64,000 bases of DNA. Source: Pseudomonadota bacterium. Lineage in GTDB: Bacteria; Pseudomonadota; Gammaproteobacteria; Xanthomonadales; SZUA-36. Under the pieces are notes generated by a model, which was given only the letters and a program-made list of their open reading frames with translations, did not search any database and had not been told where the DNA came from. Made by a program: the position numbers and the translations under genes. Below are positions 10,174-19,642 of the stretch, in pieces. Location: the NCBI GenBank assembly GCA_015222805.1, contig JADFVZ010000061.1:49317-113316 (forward strand). Direction: 5' to 3'. Each line of letters opens with the position of its first letter. Position 1 is the first letter of the stretch.

Positions 10174-12057
10174 ATGATGCATTGGCTAAAACACCCACGA
10201 GCAGCCGTTGTCGGCCATGACCTTGTCATGGTTCTGGTTGCCTGGCTCTCGGCTAATTGGCTACAGAACCAGATTCACGCTGGTTCAACCGAGGTTGCCA
10301 TATTCAGCCTGGGAACAATTTTGGTTCTTACAATGCAGGGGCTGGTGTTCTGGTATATGGGCCTTTATCGCGGATTGTGGCGTTTTGCCAGTTTTCTTGA
10401 CCTTTTGAATATCATTAAAGCCAGCTCCCTGGGTGGTTTAATTGTTGCTTTGGGTTTTCTTGTCAGTGGCTATTCTATTCCTGCAATCGCAAGTACTCTA
10501 ATCGCTTATCCTTTAATCCTGTTCCTTGTTCTCGGCATTCCACGGATGCTATATCGAATTTGGAAAGATAACCGCATGGGCGTCAATTTTAGCGGTGGTA
10601 AAAGGACGTTGATAATTGGTGCCGGGCATTCCGGTGCATTATTGGTGCGTGAATTACGTCATCGTGGTGGTTTTAACGTACTTGGATTACTGGATGATAA
10701 CCAGAAGTTAACCGGCGCAAGGATACACGGCCTGCCAGTGTTGGGTGAAATCGAACATTTGGAAACAATAAGCCAGGGGCTCAATATTGAGCTTGTGATC
10801 ATAGCCATTCCATCCGCTAACAACCACCAGATGCAACGTATCGTTGCAATCTGTGAAAAATCCGAAATCAAGTTTATGACACTGCCTACCCTGCAGGATT
10901 TTGGCAACAATGCGACTCGAATTGATGAGATCAAACCGGTAATTATTGATGATTTGCTCGGCCGTGAGCCGGTTATGTTGAATTGGGAATCTATTCGTTC
11001 AGGCCTTTCCAGTAAACGGGTATTAATTACCGGTGGTGGTGGCTCTATCGGTGCGGAACTGTGCCGGCAAATTGCCCGGCTTAATCCGGTTGAACTCATT
11101 GTTGTTGATCATAGTGAGTTTAATCTCTATCAAATTGATAATGAACTTGGGAATGATTATCAAGACCTTGTTTATGCCTGCGTGTTGGGTGATATATGTG
11201 ATCCTGCTACCGCAGAAAAAGTAGTCTCGGAATATCGTCCGGATATGATTTTCCATGCTGCTGCATATAAGCATTTACCTATTTTGCAGAATCAGATTCG
11301 TGAAGCTTATCGTAATAATGTACTGGGCACGGTAAGAATGTCACAGGCGGCAGATCGTCACGGTGTTGGTACATTTGTACTGATTTCTACAGACAAGGCC
11401 GTTAACCCCACCAATATCATGGGGGCCACTAAACGAGTAGCCGAAATTTATTGCCAGAATATGGATGCACACTCTGAAACACGGTTTATAACAGTGCGTT
11501 TTGGGAATGTATTAAATTCCAATGGCAGCGTGGTACCGCTATTTAAAGAACAGATTCGCAAGGGCGGGCCGGTAACAGTTACCCACCCTGAAATCTCTCG
11601 TTACTTTATGACTATATCCGAGGCATCCCAATTGATTATGCAGGCAGCTGTGCTTGGCCAGGGCAGTGAAATATATGTGCTGGATATGGGGGAACCGGTA
11701 AAAATTACCTACCTTGCAGAACAGCTAATACGCCTGGCAGGAAAAGAACCGGGACGGGATATTCATATTATTTATACGGGCCTTCGCCCCGGGGAAAAAC
11801 TGTTTGAGGAATTGTTCCACGAGCATGAGCCGTATAAAAAAACCAGCCATGAAAAGATTTACCTGGCACGCCATCGCAAAACTGCCTGGCCTGCACTACA
11901 GACTGTAATGCGTGAGTCTGAAATAGCGGTTAAAAGATATGATACTCAAAGCCTGTACAACACACTGGTTGAACTGGTTCCCGAATTAGACAGGTCCTCT
12001 GCACCAATGTCAGAAAAAGTGGTTTCAATTAATCGGTCACAGAAAGTCAGTAAATGA
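10174..12057 (+). CDS. Membrane-anchored nucleotide-sugar 4,6-dehydratase/epimerase (WbpM/CapD/PglF family)
   Basis: N-terminal TM helices, then Rossmann motifs LIIGAGHSG and VLITGGGGSIGAEL, plus AAYKH and STDKAV. The longest ORF (10087) overlaps the previous gene; I prefer ATG 10174 (MMHWLK). Confidence 0.88.
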   Translation: MMHWLKHPRAAVVGHDLVMVLVAWLSANWLQNQIHAGSTEVAIFSLGTILVLTMQGLVFWYMGLYRGLWRFASFLDLLNIIKASSLGGLIVALGFLVSGYSIPAIASTLIAYPLILFLVLGIPRMLYRIWKDNRMGVNFSGGKRTLIIGAGHSGALLVRELRHRGGFNVLGLLDDNQKLTGARIHGLPVLGEIEHLETISQGLNIELVIIAIPSANNHQMQRIVAICEKSEIKFMTLPTLQDFGNNATRIDEIKPVIIDDLLGREPVMLNWESIRSGLSSKRVLITGGGGSIGAELCRQIARLNPVELIVVDHSEFNLYQIDNELGNDYQDLVYACVLGDICDPATAEKVVSEYRPDMIFHAAAYKHLPILQNQIREAYRNNVLGTVRMSQAADRHGVGTFVLISTDKAVNPTNIMGATKRVAEIYCQNMDAHSETRFITVRFGNVLNSNGSVVPLFKEQIRKGGPVTVTHPEISRYFMTISEASQLIMQAAVLGQGSEIYVLDMGEPVKITYLAEQLIRLAGKEPGRDIHIIYTGLRPGEKLFEELFHEHEPYKKTSHEKIYLARHRKTAWPALQTVMRESEIAVKRYDTQSLYNTLVELVPELDRSSAPMSEKVVSINRSQKVSK

Positions 12058-12920
12058 AACCTGTACGTAAGGCGGTTTTCCCAGTCGCAGGTCTGGGAAC
12101 CCGGTTCCTTCCCGCAACAAAATCCATTCCTAAAGAAATGCTTCCCATTGTGGATAAGCCGCTGATTCAGTATGCTGTTGAGGAAGCTTTGGCAGCAGGA
12201 ATTGAAACCCTTATTTTTGTTACCAGTCGAAAAAAACATGCCATTTCTGATCATTTTGATCGTGCATTTGAACTGGAAACAAAACTTGCTGCTAATGGCA
12301 AGGATGATCTGCTGGAATGCATTACAAACATTATTCCGACAAATGTTATTCGGGCTGATGTTACTCAACTGGAGACGCTAGGCCTGGGACATGCAGTAAA
12401 TTGTGCTCGCGGATTAATCGGTGATGAGCCATTTGCGGTACTGCTTGCGGACGACTTGATCAAATCAGATGGGCCCGGTTGCCTGCAGCAACTAATTTCC
12501 CAGTATGAAAAATCCGGGCGTAGCACGATTGCTGTGCAAAATATTGCAACCGAAGATAGTGATCAATACGGTATGATCGAGCCATCCTCAATTGGCCGGG
12601 AAGTACTCTCAATTATAGAAAAACCTAAACCAGCTGATGCGCCTTCCAATTTGGCAGTCGTTGGTCGGTATATCCTTACCCCTGAAATATTTCCCCTATT
12701 TGAACAGGTAGGTGCGGGTGCGGGTGGGGAAATCCAGCTGACTGACGCGATTGCTTTGCTAATGCAGCAGCAGTCGATTGAATACTGTGAATTTACCGGC
12801 AGGCGTTATGATTGCGGCTCTAAGGCTGGGTTTATCGAAGCAACGGTTGATTATGCGCTGGAACGTCCGGAACTTCGGGATAAAATCCTCCTGCATATCC
12901 GGGATTCTTTAAACCGGTAA
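12054..12920 (+). CDS. galU: UTP--glucose-1-phosphate uridylyltransferase
   Basis: 288 aa with KAVFPVAGLGTRFLPATK and VEKP-like IIEKPKP motifs. ATGA overlap with the upstream gene. Confidence 0.93.
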   Translation: MKPVRKAVFPVAGLGTRFLPATKSIPKEMLPIVDKPLIQYAVEEALAAGIETLIFVTSRKKHAISDHFDRAFELETKLAANGKDDLLECITNIIPTNVIRADVTQLETLGLGHAVNCARGLIGDEPFAVLLADDLIKSDGPGCLQQLISQYEKSGRSTIAVQNIATEDSDQYGMIEPSSIGREVLSIIEKPKPADAPSNLAVVGRYILTPEIFPLFEQVGAGAGGEIQLTDAIALLMQQQSIEYCEFTGRRYDCGSKAGFIEATVDYALERPELRDKILLHIRDSLNR

Positions 12921-13955
12921 ATGCAAATTCGAGCAGAAAGAAGCTGGGCAAAAGGCCGGCTTGATTGTATTAAACATAAGTCCACAGTATTGTCTGGTAA
13001 TCCGTGGAATGACCCGCTAGAACGTGATTTATTTGTTTATTTGCCCCCCGGTTATGTTGAAAACGAAAGTTACCCTGTTTTTTGGGATCTCGCAGCCTAT
13101 ACCAACTCAGGGCCAGGACATGTAAATTGGCGCAATCATGGTGAAAATATACCCCAACGACTGGATCGCCTGATAGCGGCAGAACAGATGGGGCCGGTTA
13201 TTGCAGTATTTCCCGATTGCTACACATCCCTGGGCGGCAACCAGTACCTCAATTCCAGTGGTGTGGGGCGTTATGAGGATTATTTACTGGCAGAATTGAT
13301 GCCGCTTGTTGAGACCAGGTACTCCGTGCTCGCAGATGCCGCTGGCAGGGCTATCTTCGGTAAGTCATCCGGTGCATACGGTGCCTTAATGCAAGCTATC
13401 AGGCACCCGGAGATATGGGGAGCTGCCGCCTGCCATTCCGGAGATTTGAATTTCGACCTTGTTTACCGTTCTGATTTTCCAACCACCTGTAATGTGCTGG
13501 CACGGCATAAATATGATGTTCTGCGATTTATGCGGCATTTCTGGCGCAGCAAACAACCTGGTGGTGCTGATTTCCACACAATGATGACCTTATGCATGGC
13601 GGCAACCTACGATCCTGTAGCTCCTGAATCAACAGAGCACGGATTGCCCTTGCGTTTACCTTTTGACCTTGAAACTTGTGAGCTGGACCCCGATCTATGG
13701 TCCAGGTGGCTGCAATTTGATCCTGTGGAAATGCCCGCAGGTACATTACAGTCTTTAACAGCCTTGAAAGGGCTGTATCTGGATGTCGGCTATCGGGATC
13801 AATACAATATCCACTTTGGCTCTCGTCGTTTTCATAGGCGGCTTAATGAATTGGAAATTCCTCATCACTACGAGGAGTTTGATGGTACCCATTCTGGCAT
13901 CGACCATAGGCTGGATGTTTCCCTGCCGTGGCTTTACGCAAAGATTATGGAATGA
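12921..13955 (+). CDS. Alpha/beta-hydrolase 'putative esterase' family protein (esterase D / enterochelin-esterase-like)
   Basis: 344 aa with the nucleophile-elbow motif GKSSGAYGA. No signal peptide. The start codon directly abuts the galU stop. Confidence 0.65.
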   Translation: MQIRAERSWAKGRLDCIKHKSTVLSGNPWNDPLERDLFVYLPPGYVENESYPVFWDLAAYTNSGPGHVNWRNHGENIPQRLDRLIAAEQMGPVIAVFPDCYTSLGGNQYLNSSGVGRYEDYLLAELMPLVETRYSVLADAAGRAIFGKSSGAYGALMQAIRHPEIWGAAACHSGDLNFDLVYRSDFPTTCNVLARHKYDVLRFMRHFWRSKQPGGADFHTMMTLCMAATYDPVAPESTEHGLPLRLPFDLETCELDPDLWSRWLQFDPVEMPAGTLQSLTALKGLYLDVGYRDQYNIHFGSRRFHRRLNELEIPHHYEEFDGTHSGIDHRLDVSLPWLYAKIME

Positions 13956-14539
13956 TAATGCAGATTGAAATTACAGATTCAGCCAAAATATTTTTAAATG
14001 AGCTGGTAGCAAAACAGGATGAGCCGGGGCTTGGCTTACGTTTGCGAGTGACCTCCCCGGGGACCCCGACAGCAAGCTGCGAGCTTATTTTCTGTGCCCG
14101 GGACGAAAGCAGGGCAGATGACAAAGTCATGTCATTGGGGGAAATAAGCCTGTTTGTAGAATCAGCTTCACTGGACTGGCTGGTGAATGCAGAAATTGAT
14201 TACCAGGAAGAACAAACCGGTGGGCGCCTGAATATTCGGGCACCTAAAATCAAGGGTGAAGCACCAGCAGGCAGTGCCTCTTTGACAGAGCAGGTCGCCT
14301 GGTTGATCGCAACAGAAATTAATCCATCACTGGCTTCCCACCGGGGCCATGTAGACCTGGTTAATGTCAGTGATGAGGGTGTAGTTTCATTGCGTTTTGG
14401 TGGTGGCTGCCACGGTTGTGGAATGGTAAATGTTACTTTACAGAACGGAATTGAGAAAACCCTTAAGGAAAAACTTCCCCAGGTAACTGCGGTTGTTGAT
14501 GCTACTGATCATTCTTCGGGCGAGAACCCCTACTATTAG
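13952..14539 (+). CDS. nfuA: Fe-S cluster biogenesis protein NfuA
   Basis: N-terminal degenerate A-type domain (IEITDSAKIFLNEL) and a C-terminal Nfu domain with the CHGC motif (GGGCHGCGMVNVTL). Start is at 13952 or 13958. Confidence 0.9.
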   Translation: MIMQIEITDSAKIFLNELVAKQDEPGLGLRLRVTSPGTPTASCELIFCARDESRADDKVMSLGEISLFVESASLDWLVNAEIDYQEEQTGGRLNIRAPKIKGEAPAGSASLTEQVAWLIATEINPSLASHRGHVDLVNVSDEGVVSLRFGGGCHGCGMVNVTLQNGIEKTLKEKLPQVTAVVDATDHSSGENPYY

Positions 14540-14557
14540 AATTGAGTATAAATTCAG

Positions 14558-14596
14558 GACAATAAAAAACGGGGTATCACCCCGTTTTTTATTGTC
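14558..14596. terminator. Bidirectional rho-independent terminator between convergent nfuA and cytochrome c genes
   Basis: Near-perfect palindrome gacaataaaaaacgggg-tatca-ccccgttttttattgtc, with an A-run on one side and a T-run on the other. Confidence 0.9.
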
Positions 14597-14614
14597 TGCA
14601 TATTCTGTTCAGGC

Positions 14615-14953
14615 TTATTTATAGGTACTCAGGTCCTGCAAGCCACTCAGTGAAGCATAGTAAGCCGCCAGGTTTTCAATATCATCATCGTTCAGTGCGG
14701 CAACCATACCCGCCATAATCGGGTTTTTGCGTTCGCCGGCTTTGTAATCGTGCAGTGCTTTAGCGAGGTAGTCCTGGTGCTGACCAGCGAGCCTGGGGTA
14801 GCTTGGATCAGTGCCATTGCCATCTGCTCCGTGACAGGCTACACATAAGGCTGATTTTTCCTTGCCGGCAGCTGCGTCTCCAGCAATGGCAGTATTAATA
14901 GAGCTAAAAGCCAACAGGCTCAGAGCGAATATAAGGATGAGGTTGTTTTTCAT
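14615..14953 (-). CDS. Monoheme class I cytochrome c (cytochrome c4-domain-like), secreted
   Basis: 112 aa with a signal peptide (MKNNLILIFALSLLAFSSINTAIA), heme motif CVACH and a distal Met in NPIMAGM. Confidence 0.85.
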   Translation of the reverse strand: MKNNLILIFALSLLAFSSINTAIAGDAAAGKEKSALCVACHGADGNGTDPSYPRLAGQHQDYLAKALHDYKAGERKNPIMAGMVAALNDDDIENLAAYYASLSGLQDLSTYK

Positions 14954-14972
14954 TATGTATGCTCGCTATTGT

Positions 14973-15302
14973 TTATTTAAGGCTGGCAAACCAGGCAGCA
15001 ATGTCCGCGATGTCCTGCTGGTTCAGGCTGGCGGCGTGGGCCTGCATGGTCAGGTGATTTCTATCGCCGTTCTTATAAGCCTGCAGGGCAGAGATCAGGT
15101 ACTTTTCATTCTGCCCGCCGATTTTTGGCACTTTGTAGACAGGATAAACATTGTTGTAATTGGCGATGCCATGGCAGCCGGTACAGGTGATGGCTTTGAT
15201 TTTTCCTGCTTCACTATCTGCAGCCGAAACAGCAGTTGCTGCCAGTGCCAGCAAAGAAGTCATAAATAACCTGATAGTCAAAGTTTTAATGCTTTTTTTC
15301 AT
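14973..15302 (-). CDS. Monoheme class I cytochrome c, secreted
   Basis: 109 aa with a signal peptide, heme motif CTGCH and a distal Met in LTMQAHA. Lies 19 nt upstream of the second cytochrome gene. Confidence 0.85.
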   Translation of the reverse strand: MKKSIKTLTIRLFMTSLLALAATAVSAADSEAGKIKAITCTGCHGIANYNNVYPVYKVPKIGGQNEKYLISALQAYKNGDRNHLTMQAHAASLNQQDIADIAAWFASLK

Positions 15303-15399
15303 GGGTCGGGACTCATTTTTTAATTCATTACGGGATCAAACAGTAAGCGATTATAACCGTTGAAGGGGATGCTGTGTAGTTGCAGTGGAAATTTGCTGA

Positions 15400-16017
15400 T
15401 CAGTTGTCCTGATTATCCGTTATCGAAACCCCGGCACCACCCGTGAGGGTTAGTTTAAGTGCTTCTTCAATGGAAAGGTCCAGGGCTGTGAGCGCAGTTT
15501 CGGGCAGATAGAGCGTGTAACCGCCAATCTGGTAACTCATAGGCATGTATACAGCTACTGTTGCAGCTGTGTCGCCTGGACTGAGTTTATCCAGTTGCGG
15601 GTAAACTAACTTTTCCTGAGTCAAAAAACCTATCAGGTGGAATTCCTGGCCGGGTAACTTGACCGCAACTACCCGGCCCAGTTTGCGTTCCTCACCGGGA
15701 TTAAAGTAAGAAGCAAAATCCCTCAGGGCTGAATAGATTGATTTGACCAGTGGCACTTTTTTGATCAGCCGATCCCCCAACCCAAATATTTTCTGGAAGA
15801 ATAGCCAGTGAGAGAGCATGCCGATTAATGTTGTGAAAAGAATGGCGATAACAACGCCCATTCCCGGGATATACCAACCAACCGGCAGGATCTCATAGAT
15901 TAATCCCCCCAGTTTGCTTTCAGCAGTCAATATTAGCCACCAGATTAAGCTGACTGTCAGTAAAATTGGGAGGACAACAATCAATCCCTTGAGGAACAGT
16001 TTTCCCAGCTGGTTCAT
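15400..16017 (-). CDS. DUF502-family membrane protein
   Basis: 205 aa with two N-terminal TM helices, then a conserved PxxGxxxxxxxxxV-like core (VPLVKSIYSALRDF...GFLTQE). Confidence 0.6.
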   Translation of the reverse strand: MNQLGKLFLKGLIVVLPILLTVSLIWWLILTAESKLGGLIYEILPVGWYIPGMGVVIAILFTTLIGMLSHWLFFQKIFGLGDRLIKKVPLVKSIYSALRDFASYFNPGEERKLGRVVAVKLPGQEFHLIGFLTQEKLVYPQLDKLSPGDTAATVAVYMPMSYQIGGYTLYLPETALTALDLSIEEALKLTLTGGAGVSITDNQDN

Positions 16018-16042
16018 GCTTTATTGGCGTGCATTACCGGGT

Positions 16043-16585
16043 TCACCCTCTGGGTCTGGCCGGGCGTGTGTACATATAGGGGTAGTAGTGATAGGGGCTG
16101 TAATAAGGCCAGTAGTACATTCCACCAGTATTGTAATAGACGCGTTCCTCACGTTCCGGCCATAAATAAATACTGCCTGCATCGATGATCGGATAGGAAT
16201 AGATATATTCACCTATCTCACGTTCTTCAATGTGGCGGATCGCACCGGTTACCGTGACTTCCCTTCCTTCAGCTATTACTTCAGGGTCAATGAACTGCTT
16301 TTTACAGACAATAAATCGACCAATGGTGCCATCCTGGTTTAGTGGTCGCTGTTGCTTGTTCAGTGGTTTTCCAAGAATTTCCAGACAGGTTGATGCTGCC
16401 TCCGGATTGACGGCAATAATGATGCCACCCCAGCGAATCTGCTGATTTTGACTGAGGCTGGAAGCCAGTTGGGGCTCAGTTGTGGTGTACTCGCCCTGCA
16501 GGGGTTCGGGTATGCTCGCACAGGCCGATAATAGTATTCCTAGTACACCGGCGGATAAAATAAGCTTTATCATTTTGCTCTTCAT
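16043..16585 (-). CDS. slp: Slp-family outer-membrane lipoprotein
   Basis: 180 aa with lipobox LLSAC, a central IRWGGIIIAV...LEILGKPL OB-like core and an aromatic-rich C-terminal tail as in E. coli Slp. Confidence 0.7.
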   Translation of the reverse strand: MKSKMIKLILSAGVLGILLSACASIPEPLQGEYTTTEPQLASSLSQNQQIRWGGIIIAVNPEAASTCLEILGKPLNKQQRPLNQDGTIGRFIVCKKQFIDPEVIAEGREVTVTGAIRHIEEREIGEYIYSYPIIDAGSIYLWPEREERVYYNTGGMYYWPYYSPYHYYPYMYTRPARPRG

Positions 16586-16626
16586 GGTTATATCATACTC
16601 TCAAATATTTTCTGTTTGCAATTGTC

Positions 16627-18687
16627 TTAGCCCTTGTCTCTCAAGATTTTTGACAATGAACCTTTAACAAGAGTTTCAAATGCCTTGATAGATATTGCTT
16701 GCTTTGAGTAAAAATACTTATTTACCGATTCAGCAACCAGCCATGCAGCAGCAATAGACTGTTTGTTATTAAGTTTTTCAGAAACTTTATGAGCCACTGT
16801 GCTTGCATCATCGCTTATTGAAAATTTAAAGCCTGCTTTTTCAAGCTGCTTAAGATAGCTTCTGTAAGCTCGGACTGCCGGGTTCCTCGACCTGATTGAC
16901 CGGTATTTCAGCAGGAATAGCGTAGTGGCTGCAATTGTAAGGAAAATGGGTAGCAGGATTATCAGCGCAATCCAGCGTTTACCTAACTTGCCCAACCCCA
17001 GGTTTTTCAGTATTTGGGATTGACTGTAGGCAGAGAAGTCCATCACCCAGTTATTCCAGAAATGCTGGATCAGATCCAGGTTATTACGAAGTTCCCGCAG
17101 CCAGGTGAAATCATGCCAGTTACGGGGGTTGCTGAATACATCCATAGCACCCGAGAGTATACGTTCGGGAGCAACCTGGCTGGTAGGGTCGACCCGCAGC
17201 CAGCCTTTGCCATCCAACCAGACTTCTGCCCATGCATGCGCGTCAGATTGGCGCACCAGAAGGTATTCACCTGCCTGGTTGTAATAACCTCCCTGATAGC
17301 CGGTAACAACCCGTGCGGGTATACCGGCCATGCGCATTAATACAGTAAATGTTGAAGCATAATGCTCACAAAAGCCGCTGCGGGTATCGAACAGGAATTC
17401 ATCAACACTGTGGTGGCCTAATAATGGCGGATTCAATGAGTAGTAAAATTCTTCCTGGTTAAAGTATTCCAGTACACTTTTAATCAGGAGAATATCATTC
17501 TCGGTGTTGTAGCTGGGTTGTTGTACTGGATACTGCAGGCGGAGTTGCCTGACCCAGTCTGAAGCTTCTGGATTGTATCCGGCAGGCAAATCCAGCGCCA
17601 TTTTTCGGTACGCACCACTGAGTTCCGGTATATCGATGAAAGCCGGCTCGGAAGTGATTGAATAAGTCCTGGGATTGGTGACTGGTTGTTTAGCATATAG
17701 CTGATAGCCCCGGGTTAAGCGACTGTCTGCCGGTTTTTCCACAACGTAATCCAGTGCGTACAGCCAGCGCCGTTCGCTGGGCTCCAGCTGCACTCGATAG
17801 CGGATGCTTTGCTCTGTTGTAACAGCAGGTAGTTGTTCAGGTGGAATAATACGATAGCCGCGATAAAGCGTACTCCAGCGTCGTCCGTCAAAATTCCAGA
17901 GTACCGGCCCGCGCCAGTATAGTTCGCTGTTTGGCGGGCGCCTGGTTAAAAACTCAACCCGGAAAGCAGGGCTGTCATCCATAAACAGGTTTTGGATACT
18001 GCCGGGTGACATCTCATCAGAAAGCCCGGATTTTCCATCCAGTGCAGCTTCGGGGACCCCCCACAGTGGTGTTGCGAGGCGCGGAAATACAATAAACAGG
18101 ACTATGCCGAGGGGCAGGGCGTAGAGAATGATACGCAAGCTTGAAATTAAGCCACTAATGCCCGGAATTTCCGGCACTTGCCTAAGCAGCGATGGACGTT
18201 GATCAGCAGTTGCAGTCGTAGGGATGAATTCCAGTTGCAGTACATTTAAACTTTGCAGCAGCAACACCACGATGGTTAATCCGTAGACCAGCATGGTAGG
18301 GTTCTGTAGAAACAGGAAATAAGTTGTTGCGAGGAAAACCCCAAGACTGGCGAGAACCCTCGCATCGCGGCGGTTATGCAGCTCGACGGCTTTCAGCGAC
18401 ATCATTAACAGCAGCATGGCAGCAGCAATACGCCGGCCATAGAGTTGGCCATAGGTTAAATACAGGGTCGCCATTGCGATAATTACCAGCAGTGGTTTAA
18501 GCCAGTTAGGGAGCGGCCGCCAGTTATAGTACAGGTTAAGGAATCTCCAGGCAATCATTGCCAGGCTGAAAAGCATAATTGCGGAGGGGAAAATCAGCCA
18601 CCCGGGAAGGCTTGCGATTAACAGGCTACCAAGAAGCCAGAGAACAGCTTTTGATGAAAGCGGCAGGGACTTTATTGCTTTATTCAT
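16627..18687 (-). CDS. tgpA: Transglutaminase TgpA-family membrane protein (DUF3488 + transglutaminase core)
   Basis: 686 aa with an N-terminal polytopic region. Cys-His-Asp core: GFCEHYASTFTVLMR, SDAHAWAEVW, RVDPT. Follows moxR and DUF58 as in the known triad. Confidence 0.85.
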   Translation of the reverse strand: MNKAIKSLPLSSKAVLWLLGSLLIASLPGWLIFPSAIMLFSLAMIAWRFLNLYYNWRPLPNWLKPLLVIIAMATLYLTYGQLYGRRIAAAMLLLMMSLKAVELHNRRDARVLASLGVFLATTYFLFLQNPTMLVYGLTIVVLLLQSLNVLQLEFIPTTATADQRPSLLRQVPEIPGISGLISSLRIILYALPLGIVLFIVFPRLATPLWGVPEAALDGKSGLSDEMSPGSIQNLFMDDSPAFRVEFLTRRPPNSELYWRGPVLWNFDGRRWSTLYRGYRIIPPEQLPAVTTEQSIRYRVQLEPSERRWLYALDYVVEKPADSRLTRGYQLYAKQPVTNPRTYSITSEPAFIDIPELSGAYRKMALDLPAGYNPEASDWVRQLRLQYPVQQPSYNTENDILLIKSVLEYFNQEEFYYSLNPPLLGHHSVDEFLFDTRSGFCEHYASTFTVLMRMAGIPARVVTGYQGGYYNQAGEYLLVRQSDAHAWAEVWLDGKGWLRVDPTSQVAPERILSGAMDVFSNPRNWHDFTWLRELRNNLDLIQHFWNNWVMDFSAYSQSQILKNLGLGKLGKRWIALIILLPIFLTIAATTLFLLKYRSIRSRNPAVRAYRSYLKQLEKAGFKFSISDDASTVAHKVSEKLNNKQSIAAAWLVAESVNKYFYSKQAISIKAFETLVKGSLSKILRDKG

Positions 18688-19642
18688 CGTACAGCGCCAG
18701 TAAACTCAACGCCCGCTGCTGATGTCCACGTCCACTGCCTTTGGTGAGGCTTTCGCCGGGTAATCGCATGCTCCAGTTAAGTTTCTGTTTTTCCGCCTCC
18801 AGCACCCAGGCGCACAAGATTGACAGCCGCAACTCGGTCCCTGCAACGGGCAAATAATCCCAGTCCAGGATGATTTCCCCTGATTGCTGCTGTTCGCTCT
18901 CGCGGGTGATCAGGCGATCAGCACGGGCGCTGCTGCGCCACGCAATGCGATTTAGCGGATCTCCTGCCTGATAGTCCCTTAATCCGTGTAATTCATCATC
19001 TCCGGCTTGTGCTAGTGACGATAAGCCGACGCTGCTGCCGGACCAGGGCAGGGGTGGCGGGTTTTCAACCGGTGCCGGATATACCAGGCAGGTATCATCT
19101 GGGACAATCCAGGACCATACCCGGTAAAATCCAAACGGCCATGCAGATTGTAATTTCCATGGACCAAGGGATAAACGCCCGCGTTTTTCCGTTTTTTTGC
19201 GGATCAGTAGTGAAGCAGGCCGGCCGGGTTTGGCTGTAAGTTGATCACAACATTCTTCCTGCCAACATTCGAGGGCAAAACGTTGCCCCTGGTGACTGCT
19301 CACAGGAATGTTGAATTCTGCAAAGTTTCCGGCAAATACCGGTTTTGATATTGCAGGAGAGATATTCAGTCCACGCAGGTTTCTATAACCCAGGTTGCTG
19401 ACTGAGAGGAAAATTGCCAGTAGTAGATAGCTGAGGATTAATGCAAGGTTATTATTGTAATTCAGGCCTGCTACGGTCATTACCAGCAGCAAAACCGCAA
19501 AGCCTGCTCCAAAACGACTGGGAATGATGAAGATTTGTCGATAACCTAGCTGTAAAGGTGGTTTTAATGGACCGCGACGCCGACTAATGTAATCCAGGAA
19601 CCTTGCCTGGGATTTTTGTCGGAACTGTTTAGCGGTGATCAT
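18680..19642 (-). CDS. DUF58-domain protein (vWA-like partner of MoxR)
   Basis: 320 aa with two N-terminal TM helices and the LRDYQAGDPLNRIAWRSSAR motif typical of DUF58. Overlaps both neighbours. Confidence 0.8.
   Translation of the reverse strand: MITAKQFRQKSQARFLDYISRRRGPLKPPLQLGYRQIFIIPSRFGAGFAVLLLVMTVAGLNYNNNLALILSYLLLAIFLSVSNLGYRNLRGLNISPAISKPVFAGNFAEFNIPVSSHQGQRFALECWQEECCDQLTAKPGRPASLLIRKKTEKRGRLSLGPWKLQSAWPFGFYRVWSWIVPDDTCLVYPAPVENPPPLPWSGSSVGLSSLAQAGDDELHGLRDYQAGDPLNRIAWRSSARADRLITRESEQQQSGEIILDWDYLPVAGTELRLSILCAWVLEAEKQKLNWSMRLPGESLTKGSGRGHQQRALSLLALYDE

Noticed and set aside
14615-15302. Two adjacent monoheme cytochrome c genes, considered as a diheme cytochrome c4 gene split by a mutation (pseudogene).
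   Set aside because: Each ORF has its own start codon, its own signal peptide, one CxxCH motif and a distal Met. The 19-nt gap looks like a normal intercistronic spacer. They appear to be two intact genes.
16043-16140. Tyr/Pro-rich low-complexity C-terminal tail of the Slp lipoprotein (YYNTGGMYYWPYYSPYHYYPYMY).
   Set aside because: As I recall it, E. coli Slp also ends in an aromatic/Gly/Pro-rich tail. This is probably a family trait rather than a novelty.
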